From assembly GCA_965203915.1 (NCBI GenBank), contig OZ241918.1:268613-332612 (forward strand): DNA of 64,000 bases, read 5' to 3'. Positions 58,158 through 64,000 of this stretch are shown one piece after another. Below the pieces are notes generated by a model. It searched no databases. It saw nothing but the letters and a program-made list of their open reading frames with translations, and was not told the origin of the DNA. Position numbers and translations under genes: made by a program. The first letter of the stretch is position 1; each line of letters starts with the position of its first letter. This DNA is from Alphaproteobacteria bacterium (lineage in GTDB: Bacteria; Pseudomonadota; Alphaproteobacteria; JASGCL01).

Positions 58158-59384
58158 ATGAGCATTGATTTCTTCGAGAATTCAATAAAAGAAACCCTCG
58201 TTAAAATAAAGAACGAGGGGCGTTATCGCGTGTTCGCCGATCTGCAACGCATCCCCAGCAAATTCCCGAAGGCCCTTTATCATAACAAACAGGGCGTGGA
58301 ACGCGAAATAACAATATGGTGTTCCAACGATTATTTGGGCTTGGGGCAGGACCCGCGGGTTATCGAAACCATGAAAGAGGCATTAGAAAAATATGGCACC
58401 GGGGCGGGCGGCACGCGCAACATCGCGGGTTCGCACCAATTGCATCAGGCTTTGGAAGAAAAATTGGCGCAGCATCATCACAAGCAACAGGCGTTGCTTT
58501 TTACCTCGGGCTATGTTGCCAACTTAACCGCCCTGTCGGCCTTATCGGCCTTGAATCCTATTATTTATTCTGACGCCTTAAACCATAATTCGATGATAGC
58601 TGGCATGCGCTATGGCAAGGCAACCAAAAAAATATTTCCCCATAATGACATGGTGGCGTTGGAAAAATTTTTGGCGGCCGACCATAAGGCCAACCCCGAC
58701 CGCCCCAAAATCATCGCCTTTGAATCGGTTTATTCGATGGAGGCAACCTTTGGCAAAATAAAAGAGATAGTTGCCCTGGCAAAAAAATATTCGGCGATAA
58801 CGTACCTTGATGAAGTTCATGCCGTTGGGTTGTATGGCGAAACGGGCGGTGGTTTGGCCGAACAATTGGGGGTGATGGATGAAATAGATATTATCCAAGG
58901 CACGCTGGGCAAGGCCTTGGGGCAAATTGGTGGTTATGTTGCGGGCAAGAAAGAAGTGATAGATTACATTCGGTCGATAGGTCATGGGTTTATTTTTACC
59001 ACGTCCTTACCGCCGCATGTTGTGGCGGGGGCGATGGTGGCACTTGATATTATTCGCACCACGCCATTGTTGCGCCAACAATTATCAACCCAAGCCAAAT
59101 ATTTACAAAATACTTTGGAAAAATTTAAAATCCCCAGCATGCCATCGCAATGCCATATTGTGCCCGTGGTGATAGGTTCGGCAAATCAATGCAAGGTCAT
59201 AACCGACAGAATGTTGACACGCCACGATATTTACATTCAACCCATTAATTTCCCCACCGTGCCACGCGGGTCCGAACGTTTACGCTTAACCGCCAGTCCG
59301 TTGCATCATGATTCATTGATAGACGACATGGTTGTTGCCTTGGACAAAGAATGGCAAGATTTCCAATTGCCGCGCTTGGCATAG
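58158..59384 (+). CDS. hemA: 5-aminolevulinate synthase (alpha-proteobacterial type).
   Basis: [78 protein letters not shown]-Lys in [31 protein letters not shown]. It matches ALAS far better than BioF/KBL. Confidence 0.88.
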   Translation: MSIDFFENSIKETLVKIKNEGRYRVFADLQRIPSKFPKALYHNKQGVEREITIWCSNDYLGLGQDPRVIETMKEALEKYGTGAGGTRNIAGSHQLHQALEEKLAQHHHKQQALLFTSGYVANLTALSALSALNPIIYSDALNHNSMIAGMRYGKATKKIFPHNDMVALEKFLAADHKANPDRPKIIAFESVYSMEATFGKIKEIVALAKKYSAITYLDEVHAVGLYGETGGGLAEQLGVMDEIDIIQGTLGKALGQIGGYVAGKKEVIDYIRSIGHGFIFTTSLPPHVVAGAMVALDIIRTTPLLRQQLSTQAKYLQNTLEKFKIPSMPSQCHIVPVVIGSANQCKVITDRMLTRHDIYIQPINFPTVPRGSERLRLTASPLHHDSLIDDMVVALDKEWQDFQLPRLA

Positions 59385-59478
59385 CAACCCCAATGTGATA
59401 ATGTGGTGGGTGTTGGCACGATAAGATAACGGCCACATAGCAAACCCGCCTGTCGCCTTTTGTTTTTCGGGCAAAACC

Positions 59479-60744
59479 TTGATAAAAAAAACCATGGTAA
59501 AAAATATTGATGTTATTATTTCGGGCGGCGGCTTGGCGGGGCAAACCCTGGCCTTGGCTTTGGCACAACATCATTTATCGGTTGCCTTGATAGAACGGGG
59601 CAAGATAGAAAAAACCTTGCAACCAAATTTTGACGGGCGGGCATCGGCACTGTCGTTGGCGCCATTACAATTTTTGGCGCAATTGGGTTTGTGGCAAGAA
59701 TTAAAAAATCACGCCACGCCCATCCATGATATTCGCATTGTCGACGGCGATGTGTTGCGCGGCGCGTCGTCGCTGACCGCCCATTTTAACCACCGCGACA
59801 TTGGTGCGGGGGCGGGGGGGAACGGTACCCCTAGCTTTCAACTTTACCCCGATGCCGCCCAACAACCATTTGGCGCGTTGGTGGAAAATCGTTTTTTGCG
59901 CCACGCGCTGATGGCTGGCATCAAGCAACAGCAAAATAACATCGCCCTGTATGAAGAGGATTCGATGGTGCGCAAAACAATCAACCCCGATAAGGTCGAG
60001 GTTGAATTAGCATCGGGTGAGGTATTGACCGCCAAATTGTTGGTGATAGCCGAAGGAAAATTTTCGGCGGAGGCAAAAAACATCACCACTTTTTATGAAA
60101 ACCAATATATGCAAACCGCCGTGGTGTTGTCGGTCAAGGCCGAGCGTCATCATCACGGGGTGGCGGTAGAATTTTTTTATCCCGCGGGGCCATTTGCCAT
60201 GTTGCCATTGCAAGACAACAAAATGAATGTGGTGTGGACCGAACACCCGCGGATGGCCGAAAAATTATTAAAATTATCACCCCAAGATTTTCATTCCCAA
60301 TTGCAACAACGTTTTACCGATTGGCTGGGCAAGATAGAAATAGCGAGCGATATTTTTTCCTACCCCCTTACCGTGCGGCACGCCCGCCAGTATGGCAAAG
60401 ACCGCCAATTGTTGGTGGCCGATTCGGCCCACACCATTCACCCCATCGCGGGCCAGGGTTTTAATTTGGGAATAAAAGATATCATGGCATTAACCGAAAT
60501 ATTGGCGCAGGCCAAACGCGCGGGACAAGATTGGGGCAGCGACAGCGTTATCAAAAATTATGAACGGGCAAGGTTTTATGACAACCAAAAAATGTTGATG
60601 GCGACCGACGCCCTGAACAAATTATTTGCCACCAGCCATGACATGGTGACCGCGGTGCGGCGTTTGGGGTTATTTGGTTTTGACCAATTGGATTTTTTAA
60701 AAAAACAAACCGTGCGTTATGCCATGGGGTTGAATAAACCTTAA
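59479..60744 (+). CDS. ubiH: FAD-dependent ubiquinone biosynthesis hydroxylase (UbiH/UbiF/Coq6 family).
   Basis: DVIISGGGLAGQTLALALAQ (GxGxxG), ADSAHTIHPIAGQGFNLGIKD, with a Gly-rich insertion DIGAGAGGNGTPSF. Confidence 0.8.
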   Translation: MIKKTMVKNIDVIISGGGLAGQTLALALAQHHLSVALIERGKIEKTLQPNFDGRASALSLAPLQFLAQLGLWQELKNHATPIHDIRIVDGDVLRGASSLTAHFNHRDIGAGAGGNGTPSFQLYPDAAQQPFGALVENRFLRHALMAGIKQQQNNIALYEEDSMVRKTINPDKVEVELASGEVLTAKLLVIAEGKFSAEAKNITTFYENQYMQTAVVLSVKAERHHHGVAVEFFYPAGPFAMLPLQDNKMNVVWTEHPRMAEKLLKLSPQDFHSQLQQRFTDWLGKIEIASDIFSYPLTVRHARQYGKDRQLLVADSAHTIHPIAGQGFNLGIKDIMALTEILAQAKRAGQDWGSDSVIKNYERARFYDNQKMLMATDALNKLFATSHDMVTAVRRLGLFGFDQLDFLKKQTVRYAMGLNKP

Positions 60745-60763
60745 GGCAACGCCAACAACAAAC

Positions 60764-61459
60764 ATGCCTGTTACTTCGCCTCGCCGCAAATTTATTAATT
60801 TGCCCACGCCCGTGACGGCATGGGCCATGGTGCAGGTTGCTATCTTCATTGTCTTATATTTTGTGCACCATATTTATCAAGAAAAAATAATCCAGCAATT
60901 TATTTTTGTGCCGTTGCGCGACATGGGGTTTTTATATGGCGCGCCCATCAACCTGCCATGGCTATTATCATGGGATGGTTTGTTGCACGGCGGTGTGCCC
61001 TATCAACTTATTACCTATGGTTTTTTGCATCATGACATGAATCATTTGGCATTTAATGTGGTGATAGGTTTGGTATTTTCAAAAATGATATATCCGCAAT
61101 TGGGCGGTGCACGGTGGTTTGCCGTTTTTATTATCGGCCTGTTGGGCGGCGCGGCGTTGCATATCATGACTATTGGTGCCGCGGGGGGGGGGGTTGGTCT
61201 GATGGGTGCCTCGGGCGGGGTGGCGGCGTGGTTGGGCGCGGCCCTTTGGTTGGTGTTATTTAACAAATCCTTGCCGCCGCCATTCCAACAACGACGTTAT
61301 GCTTTATTTTTTATTATATTTTTTATTGCCGTCAATTTTTTGGGGGCATTGCTTGAAAATAATTTTGGCAACCAGGTTATTTCCAACGCGGGGCACCTTG
61401 GCGGTTTGTTATTTGGTTTTATTGGCACATGGTTGCTGATGTTAAAAAAATTTAGATAA
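60764..61459 (+). CDS. Rhomboid-family intramembrane serine protease.
   Basis: Polytopic membrane protein with GLMGASGGVAAW (catalytic Ser in GxSG) and AGHLGGLLFG (catalytic His). Confidence 0.75.
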   Translation: MPVTSPRRKFINLPTPVTAWAMVQVAIFIVLYFVHHIYQEKIIQQFIFVPLRDMGFLYGAPINLPWLLSWDGLLHGGVPYQLITYGFLHHDMNHLAFNVVIGLVFSKMIYPQLGGARWFAVFIIGLLGGAALHIMTIGAAGGGVGLMGASGGVAAWLGAALWLVLFNKSLPPPFQQRRYALFFIIFFIAVNFLGALLENNFGNQVISNAGHLGGLLFGFIGTWLLMLKKFR

Positions 61460-61744
61460 CTATCGCGCAGGGCGGGTGCCATCGCCCCTGTTGCTATCTT
61501 TGGCAATGGAAGACAGATTCAAAAAATTTATATATTGAATAGGCGTTTGGCAACACCACTATCGAGGCGCGAATCAGCGTTGGCTATATATTCTAAATTT
61601 TTTTATCGCCATCAATTTTTTTAAGCTCGCGGCTGACATTTTTTGGCTTGGTTGTTGTGCATCATTGCCCGCGCGTGTTATGATGCTGTATAATTTTATG
61701 ACAATACTCAGAGAAAAAAGCAAAATATCTGAGGCAATTTCTTT

Positions 61745-62689
61745 TTGCGGGGGTTTAGCATGCAAAACACTTTAGGCTTGCTCTTTTCGTTCCTCGTGTC
61801 AACCATGCCGAATGATGTTCCAATTAGCTATTATAAACAAAATATTTCATTCATATTGGGTTATTATAATTATAGCCAGGTTGGAAAGGATGATGGTTAT
61901 TTTACATCGATGGGTGCCGTCACCCCAGGGATCAATTACACGGGGCAATATCATTTTGGTTTGAGCAATGTGGGATCTTTTTTTATAGGGCCAGATCTTA
62001 GTATTTATGGTGGCGCATTACGCTATAGTTCAAAAGTTGCGGGTGGTAATGATGGTGGCGTCTTTGTGGCGGATATAAGAATTTTGGGTGGTTATGGTTT
62101 TAAGCTTGCCGAAGGGCATCGTCTTGATATAATGACTGGTGGTGCTTACCGATTTGCAAGCCACAGCAGCGAAGATAAAATAACCGACACGGGACATCGT
62201 GGTTTGAATCATGCTAATCATTTGGGCTATATTCCATTGGGGATTGGCTATACATATAATAATGGAGAAGTTATGTTTGGGTTGTTTGGTGAATATGATA
62301 TTTTTTTACGCGCGTTGCAGTTGCAATATCGTCGCACCACGGGCGTGGTCTATGGTAGCGTGGATGGCAGTTTCAGTCGTGTTAGCCATTACGAACCTAA
62401 TAATCCTAAAAAATATAATCAGACAAAGGGTTATGGATTCAGAACGCGCATGATAGCGGTTTATAAAAATTGGTTGGTGGAACCATTTTTCAATTATTGG
62501 GATATTGCGGCCAGCGACGCGGTTGAAAACGCCGTGGCCTGTTACACAGCTAACCCGACCGAACGGACGCCCTGTATCGGCAACCTATTGGTGGGTGATG
62601 GCAGCCTTGAGCAAAAACAAAATATTTCTGAAATAGAACCTGCTAACAAAACTATCGAGACAGGGGTTAGGATTGGTTATGTCTTCTAA
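61745..62689 (+). CDS. Hypothetical outer-membrane beta-barrel protein (Tyr/Gly-rich, C-terminal ...GYVF).
   Basis: N-terminal hydrophobic leader, alternating amphipathic strands rich in Y/G, terminal aromatic residue typical of OMPs. Confidence 0.45.
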   Translation: MRGFSMQNTLGLLFSFLVSTMPNDVPISYYKQNISFILGYYNYSQVGKDDGYFTSMGAVTPGINYTGQYHFGLSNVGSFFIGPDLSIYGGALRYSSKVAGGNDGGVFVADIRILGGYGFKLAEGHRLDIMTGGAYRFASHSSEDKITDTGHRGLNHANHLGYIPLGIGYTYNNGEVMFGLFGEYDIFLRALQLQYRRTTGVVYGSVDGSFSRVSHYEPNNPKKYNQTKGYGFRTRMIAVYKNWLVEPFFNYWDIAASDAVENAVACYTANPTERTPCIGNLLVGDGSLEQKQNISEIEPANKTIETGVRIGYVF

Positions 62690-62783
62690 TTTTTTTACCA
62701 ACATCACCAGCAATCGTAAAGATTTCATTGGCCGCCTGCCCACCGCGCCAGGCTTGGGCGCGCGGCCCAGGGTGGGGCGCGTT

Positions 62784-63236
62784 ATGGCACTTGACCTTGG
62801 GCTTAAACGCACGGGCGTTGCCTTGTCCGACCCATCGTGCAAAATTGCCAGTCAATTTGGTATTTTGCAAAAATTTATTCCCGCCAATCAAAAAAATAAT
62901 TTTTCTCACCAGGCTGATATTATTTTGGCCTTAATAAAAAAAGAAGGGATCGTTGGGTTGGTGGTCGGCTTGCCATTAAACATGGATGGTGGCGAAAACA
63001 AACAAACCCAACGGGCGCGGCAATATGCTCAAAATTTGGTGAAACATGGCGTGACCATACCATTGTTGATGATGGACGAGCGTTTGACCAGCCAAGCCGT
63101 GGATAAATTATTGGCCGATGAAAAAAGAAAAGACGATGCAAAAATATCAACGCGCCAAAAAAACAAAGTTCGCGACCAGATGGCAGCAAGTTTTTTATTA
63201 CAGGGATTGTTAGATGAAATAAATAATTTTATTTAA
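62784..63236 (+). CDS. ruvX: Putative pre-16S rRNA nuclease / Holliday-junction resolvase-like protein YqgF (RuvX). Start set at the internal Met MALDLG.
   Basis: MALDLGLKRTGVALSD, GLVVGLPLNMDGGENKQTQRARQYAQNL. Confidence 0.85.
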   Translation: MALDLGLKRTGVALSDPSCKIASQFGILQKFIPANQKNNFSHQADIILALIKKEGIVGLVVGLPLNMDGGENKQTQRARQYAQNLVKHGVTIPLLMMDERLTSQAVDKLLADEKRKDDAKISTRQKNKVRDQMAASFLLQGLLDEINNFI

Positions 63237-64000
63237 TGACCAACATATCAACAATATTTTTTCTTTTGATAATGGGTTGGTTGCTTCAGCCTGGCGCGGG
63301 TGCGGCGCAACAATTGGTGCCCGATCTCCCGCTGGTGGGCGATGGGGTGATATCGCATCTGCAACCACTTTATCCTGTCTCGCCAGCAGGCATAGCAAAA
63401 CATACCGAAATTATTTTGCCAAAGAAAATTGCCAAAAATAGTTTTAAAAAAATAAAAGACAGCATGTATGCCGCCGATAAAAAAAATGGCAAGATCCCTT
63501 TCGTTATTATTTTGGAAAGCAGCGGCGGCGGCGACAATGCCTTGAATAAGCAAGGCAAGTATGACAGGAATACGGATAGCTTCACCCCCTGGTCGGAATG
63601 GTTTTTGGAAAATGGGGTCGCGGTGATTCAGGTGCATAGCGCCAAGGCGCGTGGTTTCACCAATTGGGAAGGGGATGAGGACGTGGGTTGCGATGCTTAT
63701 CGCCAAGATGCTGCCATGGCTTATCAATTTGCTATCAAGAAAGAACAGAAATTAGACCCCGATAGATTTGCCCTGGTTGGTTTTTCAATGGGGGGAAGGC
63801 AGGCCCTTAATAGTTATCCATTTTTTAAAGACAAAAAACCAAGCGCGATATTTTCTTTTTATAATGCTTGCGTGCGTTTTCAACCCGAGGAAGACCAAAA
63901 GATGGTGGATTGGTGTCCCATCACTTACCCGCCAAGGAGCACAATGCAAATTCATATATTATATGGCGATGAGGACGCGTTTGGTAAGGTTGCCAATGGG
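63236..64000 (+). CDS. Secreted alpha/beta-hydrolase-fold protein (dienelactone-hydrolase-like), 5' portion only (runs off the window end).
   Basis: Signal-like MTNISTIFFLLIMGWLLQPGAGAA; nucleophile elbow GFSMGG; the ORF is not in the track because it is open at the window end. Confidence 0.55.
   Translation, partial: MTNISTIFFLLIMGWLLQPGAGAAQQLVPDLPLVGDGVISHLQPLYPVSPAGIAKHTEIILPKKIAKNSFKKIKDSMYAADKKNGKIPFVIILESSGGGDNALNKQGKYDRNTDSFTPWSEWFLENGVAVIQVHSAKARGFTNWEGDEDVGCDAYRQDAAMAYQFAIKKEQKLDPDRFALVGFSMGGRQALNSYPFFKDKKPSAIFSFYNACVRFQPEEDQKMVDWCPITYPPRSTMQIHILYGDEDAFGKVANG

Noticed and set aside
56772-59384. Class III aminotransferase followed by an alpha-oxoamine synthase; considered a bioA-bioF biotin pair or hemL.
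   Set aside because: The second protein matches 5-aminolevulinate synthase motif for motif ([33 protein letters not shown]), not BioF. The first lacks the HemL and BioA N-terminal signatures, so it is called a generic omega-transaminase.

Overview
This 64-kb window is an alphaproteobacterial-type chromosomal segment dense with housekeeping genes. The alphaproteobacterial assignment rests on an ALAS-type hemA, SdhE–Mfd synteny and PpiD–trpE synteny. Three things stand out from the core genome. (1) A mosaic palindromic repeat family has at least 7 copies or fragments in the window. Two are translated in-frame inside mfd, which is analogous to Rickettsia RPEs. Four sit exactly at the 3' ends of moaC, maeB, tpiA and trpE, and in three of those cases the repeat supplies the stop codon. 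(2) A tandem array at 26.7–29.7 kb encodes small signal-peptide-bearing Met/Lys/Cys-rich peptides. Three 457-bp units are identical and three further copies are diverged; each has its own hairpin terminator and a long conserved leader. The array lies next to tRNA-Met(CAT). (3) A low-GC AbiD/AbiF-family abortive-infection gene is inserted between tpiA and tadA. Other oddities: low-complexity extensions or insertions in ClpX, Lon, Mfd and others; a DHPS–HPPK fusion; a frameshifted ppiD; a TPR gene built from near-identical 102-bp repeats next to an FRG-domain gene; a 194-bp tandem duplication carrying hairpins; and a Liv-type ABC transporter operon ending in a hydantoin-racemase-family gene. Coordinates of the small features (tRNAs, hairpins, peptide genes) were derived by hand from the ORF track and may be off by 1–2 nt.
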